Shown here piece by piece: positions 37,701 to 45,963 of a stretch of 64,000 nt of DNA. Within the stretch, counting starts at the first letter, position 1, and every line of letters begins with the position of its first letter. Source of the stretch: Thermoplasmata archaeon. GTDB taxonomy: Archaea > Thermoplasmatota > SW-10-69-26 > JACQPN01 > JAJPHT01. The stretch covers positions 64,001 through 128,000 of the forward strand of contig JAXDQU010000106.1 of NCBI GenBank assembly GCA_034667685.1, given 5' to 3'. The notes beneath the pieces are model-generated. The model did not search any database. It was not told where the DNA came from and was given only the letters and a program-made list of their open reading frames with translations. The position numbers and the translations under genes were made by a program.

Positions 37701-40700
37701 CCGCTCACCCTTGATGTCAACTGGACGCCGCCCGCGGACGCGACCTCGAGCGCCGTCTTCGGCTACCGCGTCTACCGCGACGGGACGCTGATCGCCACGC
37801 CTGATGGCACGAGCTACGCCGACGAGCTCTCCGCGCCCGGCAACCACACCTACCAGGTCGCGGCGCTCAACGCGCGCGGTGAAGGTCCGAGCAGCGCGCC
37901 CGTCAACGGCACCGCCTACCAGGACGTCGCGCCGCCCACGCTGACGCTCGACCCCGAGGCGCCCGACGGATTGGGCGGCGTCTACAACCACACGCCCGCC
38001 GCCACCGCGATCCCAGGCGGCGCCCCGCCCAACCCCTCCGAGTCGCCCTGCGATTGCGTCGTCCGCGAGGTCGCCTCCGGGCCCAGCGTGGACGTCCTCG
38101 ACTCGTTCGACGGCGCCGCGCACGCCTCTCCCTACACGGTGACGGGCGAGGGCGAGCACACGCTCACGGCGCGCACGTTGGACGCGAACGGGAACGTCGT
38201 CGCGCAATCCGAGCCGCGGACCCTCACGCTCGACACGACGGCGCCCACCGCCACCGTCTCGACCGGCGCCGAGGGAAGCGCGCTCTCCGTCACGTTCGCG
38301 TTCAGCGAGCCCATGTCGCCCGACGCCACGCTCGCCGCGCTCGCGGCGCCCGCCGGCTGGACCGCCGCGCTCGCCAAGGACGCGCGGAGCCTCGTCGTCT
38401 CGGGCACCGGCGCGCCAGGCGCCGCGTACGACGTCACGCTCTCCTCCGCCGCCACGGACGCGCACGGCACTCCCCTCGCCGCGCCCGCGACGGGCCACGT
38501 CGAGGGCCCCGCGCCGCCGCCTCCGCCCCCGCCGCCCGCTCCGCCGGCGCCGCGCGTGCCCGGCGCGCCCGGCGCGCCCAGCGTCTCGTTCCACGACGGC
38601 CGCGTCGACGTCGCGTGGTCCGCCCCCTCCGACGCGGGCACCTCGCCCGTCTTCCGCTACACGCTGCTGCGCAACGGCCAGGCGATCTCCACGCAGCCCG
38701 GCACGAGCTACCAGGACGCGGCCGTGACGCCCGGCGCGACGTACGCCTACAGCGTCGCCGCCACCAACACGCAGGGCACCGGCCCCGCGAGCGGCGCCAC
38801 GAGCGTCACGATCCCCGGCGCCGCGCCCACGAGCGTCCTCGCGCTCAGCGGCGCGCCCCAGGATGGCTGGTACGGCGCGAGCCCGACCGCGAGCTTCAGC
38901 GCCACGCCCGCCGACGCGCAGGTGAGCTATCAATTGGACGGCGGCCCCGCCGCGACGTACGCCTCGCCCTTCGCCATCCCTGCCGGCCGCCACACGCTGA
39001 GCTGGCACGCCACGCGCCCCGGCTCGCCCGACGAGGCCGCGCGCTCGCAGACGATCGACGTGGACCCTGACGCGCCAATCATCGCTGGCGCGGGGCTCTC
39101 GGGCTCCAGCGTGCACGCCCGCGTCACCGACGCGCTCTCCGGCGTCGCCAGCGTCGCGGCGCTGCTGCCCGACGGCACGAGCGTCCCCCTCGCCGCGAGC
39201 GGCGACGACTACGCCGGCACGCTCTCGCCCACCGCGCCCGGCGTCCATGCGATCTCGATCATTGCGCGCGACCACGCGGGCCACGAGTCGCGCGCCTCGG
39301 CCGGCACGCTCACGATCGCCGCGCCGCCCGCCGCGGACAACGCGACGACCAACGGCACCGCCACCAACGCGACGACGTCCGGCCCCACGCCCAGCTCGCC
39401 CACGCCGCCCACGGGCGGCGGCAGCGGCACCAGCGGCGGGAGCAGCGGCGGCAGCGGTTCCGGCGGCGCGCCCCTGGAGCAGGCCAGCGTCACCCCCTCG
39501 TCGAGCACGCCGGCCCCCGGCGCCCCCTCGCCCACGCCGGCGCTCACCGTCACGCAGGACCCCAACGAGACGGCCCCGCTGGACGCCGGCGCGCGTGGTC
39601 AGGTGCGCCTGCACGTGAGCAACGTGGACGACCCCTCGCTCGTGCGCCTCGTCGTCGTCGACGAGAACGGCCACGAGACGCCGCTGGGCTCGGGCACCGA
39701 CGCGACGTGGGACACCACGCGCAGCGACGACGGGTACTACACCGTCGAGGCGCGCGAGGGCAACGTCACGCTCGCCAGCACGCGCGTCCTCGTGCGCAAC
39801 GCCTTCCTCAGCGGCGCCGAAGCCGCGGGCGGCGTCGCGCTGGGCGTGGGCGCGGCCGCACTCACCAGCGTCGCGAGCAACGCGCTCACCTCGAGCGCCC
39901 TGGGCGCGGCCTCCGCGACGGCCAGCAGCGCCACGAGCGCGGCCTCCGGCGCCGCCACCAGCACCGGCGGAAGCCAAGGCTTCAGCCTCTCGCAGTACCT
40001 CAAGGACCTCTTCACCGACGCGGGCAGCGACGCGCTGCGCGACAAGACGAAGAACGTCGCCTCCATCGAGCGCCGCCGCCGCATCGCCAGCAGCATCGCG
40101 CTGGTCGCCACGGTCTCGCTCATCGCCGTGTTCTACAGCGTCGCCGAATCGAGCGCCTACACGTGGCGCGCGTTCCTCGGCGTGCTCCCCCTCGTGGGCG
40201 CGGCCGCCGTCATCCTCGCGCTCCAGAAGTACGGCAGCGAGTCGCTCATCGCCCACCTCTCAGGCGCGCGCGTCCGCTTCCGCATCTGGATCGCCGGCGT
40301 CGCCTCGCTCCTCGTCTCCACGCTCGCGTTCCACCAGCCCTTCGGCTACCCCGGCTACGTCGACAACGGCGTCGAGACCACCGAAGCCGAGAAGCGCCTC
40401 GCGGGCCACCGCGCCCTCGCCATCCTGGGCATCACGAGCGCGTGGAGCCTCGTCTTCGTCCTCGCCGGCCACCTCGGCCTCTACGGCTTCGGCAGCATCG
40501 GCGTCGCGATGGCCGTAAGCGCCCTCGCCACCGCCGCGATGCCCTTCGGCCCCCTCCCCGGCAAGGAGGTCTGGCGCTGGAGCAAGCTCGCCTCCCTCGC
40601 GGCGGCCGTGGGCGCCCTCGCGCTCTACGTCACCTACGAGATGGCGCTCCTCCCCGAGTGGGCGCTCATCACGGTTGGCCTCGTGGGCGCCACCGGCTAC

Positions 40701-40811
40701 GCCGCGACCGCCGTGAGCTTCCGTCGCCGCGAGCCCCCCGCCCGCAGCGTGCCCGTCCAGGACATGGACGCGGAGCGCCGAACGAAACGCGAGGCGGAAC
40801 GCGAGGCGTGA
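34737..40811 (+). CDS. 2024-aa surface protein: FN3 repeats, LamG-like domain, nidogen-like domain, Ig-like domains, C-terminal degenerate M50-like membrane domain
   Basis: FN3 (L.W.AP..Y.V.R.G...Y.V.A), LamG (FDGVDD, DGQWHT, LYVDG), LPFAFPMFG...TNG...IAGYWSDLD...TFQV, multi-TM tail ending MPFGPLPGKEVWRWSK. Confidence 0.88.
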   Translation: MRQPAVSRIAVIWISALTLTPVVGGAWADAQLLPAPTGFSAVALSPSAIALSWDAVDGAHSYHVERFAGESWTPVADVNATNVTDAGLEANTSYTYHVCAWDGSACGVVSESASATTLPTPPPAAPASLVATRGSGSAYADVHLAWSAVEGATGYTLSRADAANETTLVYAGNATGFDDLALAGGAYVWSVAATSDAGTSAPTASSSLVVPAGPPVTDLRATGLTSTSLSLVWDAPQGAAGFLVNGTPVEAAQLDLADLVACGSYSFDVVARYEGGVSDPVTLRVALPGCMLWYDAASPANSATQLADLSAAGDDGALLNMAAGPANGTLAFDGVDDLVAGGALFHAPDSFTEAVRFRTTSASGILVSFQDSRDLAPSRFDRRLFLDGQGRVGFGVWADGAPDDPRVIRSDARFDDGQWHTAVATIGATGSDAGAMLYVDGTLVNQTPSNDKQVYDGYWVVGGSRNTYWESVLPQPMFRGEIAMVKVYDGIVPPAPAALGPATHLAVSRGPALGEASLSWWPAPGAERYAVNLTGPSFPNGTEVDAGPARTADFPDLLAGDYAFTVLSFQGDASAASEPVTGQPATAPGAPASVTATPVSPGVVRVAWSAPDDTGGVPVQHYEVSADGEPRTTTLGTTFGVNLAVPEDGAVHVFGVRANTSAAAGPEALANATAAWAPSPVASLWSEPGAEVGEVNLTWLAPATHAAPLAGYHVWRDGAIVATTNATRFVDANRTPGARSSYNVTAASDAGESAAGLTVTEVARPALVGCPTSTSVSVYACQQVPFGLYALPANASSPTSMRCDDCVSSPLALPFAFPMFGRLYTQVNVTTNGLLLFGSTDYGWSYSPVGIPTDGSPAGMIAGYWSDLDGRAIGNVRYATLGEAPHRLFVVSWERMGEYSCYYLPYCGPGNATFQVALHEDSGAVEYQIAFAAMDHHYATVGLEDETGTYGLTIFHGTAPLARQGFLLIPPNAPPVGAPTGVSVHATAPLTLDVNWTPPADATSSAVFGYRVYRDGTLIATPDGTSYADELSAPGNHTYQVAALNARGEGPSSAPVNGTAYQDVAPPTLTLDPEAPDGLGGVYNHTPAATAIPGGAPPNPSESPCDCVVREVASGPSVDVLDSFDGAAHASPYTVTGEGEHTLTARTLDANGNVVAQSEPRTLTLDTTAPTATVSTGAEGSALSVTFAFSEPMSPDATLAALAAPAGWTAALAKDARSLVVSGTGAPGAAYDVTLSSAATDAHGTPLAAPATGHVEGPAPPPPPPPPAPPAPRVPGAPGAPSVSFHDGRVDVAWSAPSDAGTSPVFRYTLLRNGQAISTQPGTSYQDAAVTPGATYAYSVAATNTQGTGPASGATSVTIPGAAPTSVLALSGAPQDGWYGASPTASFSATPADAQVSYQLDGGPAATYASPFAIPAGRHTLSWHATRPGSPDEAARSQTIDVDPDAPIIAGAGLSGSSVHARVTDALSGVASVAALLPDGTSVPLAASGDDYAGTLSPTAPGVHAISIIARDHAGHESRASAGTLTIAAPPAADNATTNGTATNATTSGPTPSSPTPPTGGGSGTSGGSSGGSGSGGAPLEQASVTPSSSTPAPGAPSPTPALTVTQDPNETAPLDAGARGQVRLHVSNVDDPSLVRLVVVDENGHETPLGSGTDATWDTTRSDDGYYTVEAREGNVTLASTRVLVRNAFLSGAEAAGGVALGVGAAALTSVASNALTSSALGAASATASSATSAASGAATSTGGSQGFSLSQYLKDLFTDAGSDALRDKTKNVASIERRRRIASSIALVATVSLIAVFYSVAESSAYTWRAFLGVLPLVGAAAVILALQKYGSESLIAHLSGARVRFRIWIAGVASLLVSTLAFHQPFGYPGYVDNGVETTEAEKRLAGHRALAILGITSAWSLVFVLAGHLGLYGFGSIGVAMAVSALATAAMPFGPLPGKEVWRWSKLASLAAAVGALALYVTYEMALLPEWALITVGLVGATGYAATAVSFRRREPPARSVPVQDMDAERRTKREAEREA

Positions 40812-40869
40812 GGCGCCTGGACGAGCGACCCGGCGCCGGCCCGAAGAAGGAGGCGCCGCGTAGGCCCAA

Positions 40870-41000
40870 CCGGCGCCGCGTGCCTGCGCCAGGCACCACG
40901 TCGATGCACCAGGCGCCGGGTCGCGCAACGGGGCGCCGGGTGGCGCGACCTTGCCGCACCTTCACCATCGACGCTCTAGAGGATTGTTGCATTCGCGCGG
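40870..41000. repeat. dispersed TCTAGA-centred element, copy 2
   Basis: Reverse complement of 40931-40980 aligns ungapped to 32641-32690 at 38/50 positions. Confidence 0.6.
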
Positions 41001-41075
41001 CGCCTGGCGCGAGCGCTTCGTGATATCAGAATCGGGCGTCGCTGGATTGTTCTCGCGTTCGCTCGGGCGGAGGAG

Positions 41076-41148
41076 TGCGGCGTGGGGGATTCGAACCCCC
41101 GGAGGGCAGCTTGGGAAGCTGCTGCGATAACCGCTACGCGAACGCCGC
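41076..41148 (-). tRNA. tRNA-Gly(CCC), intronless, CCA not encoded
   Basis: Acceptor stem GCGGCGT/ACGCCGC, anticodon arm GCAGC-TTCCCAA-GCTGC, T arm GGGGG-TTCGAAT-CCCCC. Confidence 0.95.
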
Positions 41149-41296
41149 GGACGAGGCGGACGAGACGGCTTCTCCCGGATAAGCCCTGCGCCGGTCCGGC
41201 CGTCGCGGGGCTCGGCGCGAGCCGTAGTCCGGGCGCGTTCGGCTTCGTTGGCCGAACCAACAACTCTTAACTATGGGGGCGCTGACGGGAGGCTGG

Positions 41297-41398
41297 ATGC
41301 AAGAGGAGACGACGTTCCTGACGCTGTGCAAGTCGTGCGGCACCGAGTTCCTCGCTCCTGGCAATTGCCCCGAGTGCGGCGCCGCGTTCCACTTCTAG
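41297..41398 (+). CDS. 33-aa CPxCG-type zinc-finger microprotein
   Basis: MQEETTFLTLCKSCGTEFLAPGNCPECGAAFHF; SD GGGAGG and a TTAA box upstream. Not in the ORF track. Confidence 0.75.
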   Translation: MQEETTFLTLCKSCGTEFLAPGNCPECGAAFHF

Positions 41399-41436
41399 GC
41401 GAACGTCTTTTCCTGCTGCTGGCGTTTCGCGCCGGC

Positions 41437-42150
41437 ATGGACATCCGCTGGCACGGCCACTCGTTCTTCTCGCTGACGTGCAAGGATGGCACGAAGGTGC
41501 TCGTCGATCCGTTCGTGGAGAACGGCATGACGCGCAGGCGCGTCGCGGACTTCCAGCCCGACTTCATCCTTGTCTCGCACGCGCATGCCGACCACGTGGG
41601 GAGCGCGCCCGAGTGGGGCGTGCCGTGCATCGCGACCTACGAGCTGGCCGGGATCCTGGAGGCGCGGGGGGCGCGCGGCAGCGTCGGGCTCAACACGGGT
41701 GGATTCTGGCGCCACGGCAAGCTCAAGGTCTGGTGCGCGCCCGCGCTCCACAGCAGCGGCTTCCACCGTGAGGGCGACCACTTCCAGGGCTATGGCGGGG
41801 TCGCGTGCGGCTTTGTGGTGGACGACGGCGAGACGCGCTTCTACCACGCGGGCGACACGGGGCTCTTCGGCGACATGCGGACGGTGATCCGCGACCTGCT
41901 CCAGCCGCACGTCGCGGCGGTGCCCATCGGCGACCTCTTCACCATGGGACCGGAGCACGCGGCGCGCGCGGTCGAGTGGCTCGGCGTCAACCTCGCGATC
42001 CCGATGCACTACGACACCTTCCCGCCGATCCACGCGGATCCGCACGAGTTCGCCAAGCGCGTGGGGACCGCGGCGCGCGTGCTGGTTCCGCCGGTGGATG
42101 GCGGCATCGAGGTCCACGGCCCGAAGGTCGGCCGCGAGCTGGCGCCCTGA
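41437..42150 (+). CDS. metal-dependent hydrolase (UPF0173, metallo-beta-lactamase fold)
   Basis: W.GHS, VDPF, SHAHADH, YHAGDT, PIGD.FTMG, PMHYDTF. Confidence 0.92.
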   Translation: MDIRWHGHSFFSLTCKDGTKVLVDPFVENGMTRRRVADFQPDFILVSHAHADHVGSAPEWGVPCIATYELAGILEARGARGSVGLNTGGFWRHGKLKVWCAPALHSSGFHREGDHFQGYGGVACGFVVDDGETRFYHAGDTGLFGDMRTVIRDLLQPHVAAVPIGDLFTMGPEHAARAVEWLGVNLAIPMHYDTFPPIHADPHEFAKRVGTAARVLVPPVDGGIEVHGPKVGRELAP

Positions 42151-42195
42151 GCACCAAAGCTATTTCATCCCGCCCCCCGTGGCGCAGCGCAGCCG

Positions 42196-42975
42196 ATGCA
42201 CGAGATCAAGGACCGCGTCGGCGACGCCGTCGCGAAGACCGTGGAGGCGACGCTGATGCGCGAGGTGCGCGCCGACCCCGTCCCGCGCCACGTCGGCATC
42301 ATCATGGACGGCAACCGTCGCTTCGCGGAGGCCTTGGGCGAGCCCGCGCTGAAGGGGCACGAGTACGGCCGCGACACGCTGGAGAACGTGCTCGACTGGT
42401 GCCTGGAGCTGGAGGTCAAGCACCTCACCGTCTACGCCTTCTCCAGCGAGAACTTCAACCGCAACCCCATCGAGGTCAAGCGCCTCATGGAGCTCTTCGA
42501 GGAGAACTTCCTCAAGATGGCGGCGGACGACCGCGTGCACAAGAATCGCATCCACATCCGCGCCATCGGCCAGCTCGACCGGCTCCCCAAGCGCGTGCGC
42601 GAGGCCATCCGCTTCGCCGAGGAGCGCACGCGCGACTATGACCAGTACTTCTACACCATCGCCGTCGCGTACGGCGGCCGCCAGGAGATCCTCGACGCGA
42701 TCAAGGGCATCGCCGAGGACGTGAAGGCCGGGCGCGTGAAGCCCGCCGACATCGACGAGGCGCTCGTCGCCAAGCACCTCTACACCGCGCACCTGCCCGA
42801 CCCCGACCTGATCTTGCGCACCAGCGGCGAGGAGCGCATCAGCAACTTCCTCCTCTGGCAGATGGCGTACAGCGAGCTCTACTTCACCGACGTCTACTGG
42901 CCGGGCTTCCGGCGCGTCGACTTCCTGCGCGCGATCCGGACCTACCAGCTCCGGCAGCGGCGGTATGGAAAGTAG
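42196..42975 (+). CDS. uppS: cis-polyprenyl (undecaprenyl-type) diphosphate synthase
   Basis: HVGIIMDGNRR, YAFSSENF, YGGRQEI, RTSGEERISNFLLWQ. Confidence 0.96.
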   Translation: MHEIKDRVGDAVAKTVEATLMREVRADPVPRHVGIIMDGNRRFAEALGEPALKGHEYGRDTLENVLDWCLELEVKHLTVYAFSSENFNRNPIEVKRLMELFEENFLKMAADDRVHKNRIHIRAIGQLDRLPKRVREAIRFAEERTRDYDQYFYTIAVAYGGRQEILDAIKGIAEDVKAGRVKPADIDEALVAKHLYTAHLPDPDLILRTSGEERISNFLLWQMAYSELYFTDVYWPGFRRVDFLRAIRTYQLRQRRYGK

Positions 42976-43436
42976 GGGAAGAAAGGCCGAGGACCCGACG
43001 CTTCTTGAGGGTCTCTCTCCGACAACGATAGCCCGGGTCTCGTCACCGTCGCCACGCATGGCGCGGTCCGACGTTCTGCTCGGTCTTCGCGGCTCTCGGC
43101 GAAGGGCGATTTGGGGGCTCGCTCAGTTGAGAGAGGCTCGCGTCCTCCGGCGTTCCAGAGGTTCTCGCGTGGGTCCTCGCACCATCCTTGGCGCGCGGAA
43201 TGCTTACCTCTTTCGCCGCGCCGGAAACTCAACCGTGCAAGCGGAGCCGTCCTCGACGCGGCTTTTGGAGGGTTCCCTGTCGGGGGCGCGCAGGCGAGCG
43301 CCGCAGCGCGAGCCAAAGCGCCCCCGGTAGGGCAGCAACCAAAAGGCGCGGCGAGGACGGCTCTCCAGGGCCCCGAAGGGGCCCTTTCCGGAGAGCTCGG
43401 ACGCGCGAAGCGCGAGTGCCTGAAGGACGAAGTCCT

Positions 43437-44186
43437 TCAGCCGTACATGTTCGGCACTTCGTCGCCGTGCGCGGCCTGGGCCGGCGCCGCCTGCTTCTGC
43501 ATCATGCGGAGCGTCTTCTCGATGTTCTCCGCCTCGGTGTAGAGCGGCTTGACGTCGATCTTCAGGTGGGGAAGCAGCTTGTCGATGGCCTCGATGACCT
43601 TGGCCGCGGCGCGCGCGTCGGGGTAGTTCGGGTTGGCCTCGGCGAGGATGCTGATCGCGTCGAGGTTCTCCTTCTTGCCGAGGTTCAGCAGGACGCCGCT
43701 GACGCCCGTGATGATGCCGTTGCCGAACTGCTCGATCTTGTGGTGCGAGAGCATCTCGCGCGTGCCCGACGTGGAGCCCAGCGCGTAGACCTGCACCTCC
43801 TGCTCGCCCTCGCCTTCCTGGTCGAGGACGAGGCCTTCGGGGCTGATGATGGTCTTGGCGCCCTTGCGCTTGGCGAAGGCGAGGATCGCCTCCGCGATGG
43901 GGCGGATGAGCTTGGGCGCGGGCTGGAACTCGCTGATGAAGACGCAGACGCCCTTGCCCGCGTAGATGCGGACGGGGTAGAGCGGCACGCCGTTCCGCAC
44001 GATGCTGACCGTGGGGAAGAACTTCGAGTCCATGATGCCAATCTGCTGGAGCTCGAGCACGTCGATGAGGTAGTTCGCCGTGATGGTGCTCACGAGGCCG
44101 ACGCTGGGGAAGCCGTCGATGATGGTGGCGCCCTTGAGGTCCACGTCCTCGAACTCGTGCACCTGAAGCTCGGACTCGTCCGCCAT
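43437..44186 (-). CDS. proteasome assembly chaperone (PAC2 family)
   Basis: GFPSVGLVS, GIITGVSGVLL, PDARAA, C-terminal MYG (HbYX-type). Confidence 0.92.
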   Translation of the reverse strand: MADESELQVHEFEDVDLKGATIIDGFPSVGLVSTITANYLIDVLELQQIGIMDSKFFPTVSIVRNGVPLYPVRIYAGKGVCVFISEFQPAPKLIRPIAEAILAFAKRKGAKTIISPEGLVLDQEGEGEQEVQVYALGSTSGTREMLSHHKIEQFGNGIITGVSGVLLNLGKKENLDAISILAEANPNYPDARAAAKVIEAIDKLLPHLKIDVKPLYTEAENIEKTLRMMQKQAAPAQAAHGDEVPNMYG

Positions 44187-44294
44187 GGTGGTCGGGCTGG
44201 CCTAAGCCGCGCCCCGTTTACATAGCTTGGGACTTGGGGCTCCGGGACGGCCTGCACCGATACGGGCTTAAGCCTGGGGCGCAGAGCATCCAAG

Positions 44295-44525
44295 GTGGCT
44301 TCCACCACGGAGAAGGTCGTCGCGGCCGCGGGCGGCTTCACCGGCCTCTGGGCGCTCACCTGGCTGGGCACGAGCGCCGTCGACCCCAGCTCCGCCGTCA
44401 CGGGCGGGTTCGCGGTGGGCGGCGTGATGGCGAGCTCCGGCCTGACCGCGCTCTGGTGGAAGGCGCAGCGGATGCGGCACCTCAGCGAGCAGGCGGACGC
44501 CGCGGAAGCGCGCGAGCGGGCCTAG
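44295..44525 (+). CDS. small 2-TM membrane protein
   Basis: Two hydrophobic helices, GTG start, TTAA box upstream. Confidence 0.55.
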   Translation: MASTTEKVVAAAGGFTGLWALTWLGTSAVDPSSAVTGGFAVGGVMASSGLTALWWKAQRMRHLSEQADAAEARERA

Positions 44526-44555
44526 CGCTTTGCCCCCGCGCCGGCATCCGGCCGC

Positions 44556-44939
44556 GTGCGCCTCGACCACTGCTGCCTCAACGTGCGCGACCTGGACGCC
44601 GCGGTCCGCTTCTACGAGCGGTCGTTCGGGATGAAGCTCCTCAGCCGCCGCGAGATCCGCGAGACGAACGCCGAGATCGCCTTCGTGGGCTACGGCGACG
44701 ACCAGATGAAGCTGGAGCTCACGCACTGGCGCGGCTGGAAGCCCGAGGATTACGTCGAGGGCTCGACCTTCGACCACGTGGCGCTCGTGGTCGAGGACGT
44801 GCGCGGCCTGGTGGAGACGCTGCGCGCCCAAGGCGTCCGCGTCGCCAAGGAGCCCTACTCGCTCTCGGGCTCCACGAGCGCCATCGCGTTCGTCCACGAT
44901 CCGGATGGGAACTGGGTCGAGCTCATCCAGCGGGCTTGA
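44556..44939 (+). CDS. gloA: VOC/glyoxalase I family protein
   Basis: LDH..LNV.DLD, IAFVGY, LELTH, FDHVAL, DPDGNWVELI. Confidence 0.85.
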   Translation: MRLDHCCLNVRDLDAAVRFYERSFGMKLLSRREIRETNAEIAFVGYGDDQMKLELTHWRGWKPEDYVEGSTFDHVALVVEDVRGLVETLRAQGVRVAKEPYSLSGSTSAIAFVHDPDGNWVELIQRA

Positions 44940-44964
44940 AGAGCAGCCCGCGGCATGCGCGCGC

Positions 44965-45963
44965 GTGCACGGCCCGCTGGCGTACCTGCGCGAGCACCGC
45001 GTGGCGGTGGAGTCCGCCCTGGCGGCGCGCGACCTGGCGCCGCGCATCCTGACGCGCTCCGCGGAGAGCATGCCCGAGGTCGCGGACGCGAGCGTGCACC
45101 TGGTCGTCACCTCGCCCCCCTATCCGATGATCGAGATGTGGGACGCGCAGCTGGCCGCGCAGACCGGCGTGGCGCCCACGGCCCAGGGCGGCTTCGCGGC
45201 GAGCCACGCGATGCTCGCGCGCGTCTGGGCCGAGTGCTGGCGCGTGCTATCACCGGGCGGGATGCTCGCGATCAACGTGGGGGACGCGACGCGCTCGGTC
45301 GAGGGCGACTTCCGCTGCGCGCTCAACCACGTGCAGGTGGCGCGCGACTGCGAGGCGCTGGGCTTCGCGAGCCTCGTGCCGATCCTCTGGAAGAAGCCGA
45401 CCAACAAGCCCAACGCGTTCCTGGGCAGCGGCTTCCTCCCGACGAACGCCTACGTGACGCTCGACTGCGAGTTCATCCTGCTCTTCCGCAAGGGCTCCGC
45501 GCGCGCCTTCCCCGCGAAGGACCCGCTGCGCTACGCGAGCCAGATGAGCAAGGCGGAGCGCGACGTCTGGTTCAGCCAGCTCTGGGACGTGCGCGGCGCG
45601 GCGCAGGACGCGGAAGGCACGGCGCCCTTCCCGCCGGAGATCCCCTACCGGCTCGTGCGCATGTTCTCCTGCCTGGGCGACACGGTCCTCGACCCCTTCG
45701 CCGGCACCGGCACGACGCTCGCCATCGCCCGCGCGCTGGGGCGCAAGGCCATCGGCTGCGAGATCAACCCGGACCTCGCGCTCGCGAAGCGCATCCCGGC
45801 CGAGGCGCCCTTGGCGTCCGCCGTGCTCGACGCGCTCGACGCGCACTATGCGGCCACGAGCGGCGCGGCGGAGAAGCCCAACGACGCGCCGGCGCGCTTC
45901 CTCACGTGGGCCGGTGCAGCCGCTTCCGGTACTCGTCCACCAGGCAGTGCGCCTGCTGCGTGA
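44965..45963 (+). CDS. orphan beta-class N4-cytosine DNA methyltransferase, Zim (CTAG)-like
   Basis: VTSPPYPMIEMWD, INVGDATRS, GSGFLPTNAYVTL, LDPFAGTGTT; resembles haloarchaeal Zim from recall; no cognate nuclease adjacent. Confidence 0.85.
   Translation: MHGPLAYLREHRVAVESALAARDLAPRILTRSAESMPEVADASVHLVVTSPPYPMIEMWDAQLAAQTGVAPTAQGGFAASHAMLARVWAECWRVLSPGGMLAINVGDATRSVEGDFRCALNHVQVARDCEALGFASLVPILWKKPTNKPNAFLGSGFLPTNAYVTLDCEFILLFRKGSARAFPAKDPLRYASQMSKAERDVWFSQLWDVRGAAQDAEGTAPFPPEIPYRLVRMFSCLGDTVLDPFAGTGTTLAIARALGRKAIGCEINPDLALAKRIPAEAPLASAVLDALDAHYAATSGAAEKPNDAPARFLTWAGAAASGTRPPGSAPAA

Noticed and set aside
41040-41148. tRNA-Gly as an integration site for an island
   Set aside because: No duplicated tRNA 3' end seen in the window and no tyrosine integrase.
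42976-43436. RNase P or SRP RNA
   Set aside because: I could not find the P4 consensus (GAGGAAAGUCC...ACAGAA..GGCUUA) or SRP helix 8 on either strand.
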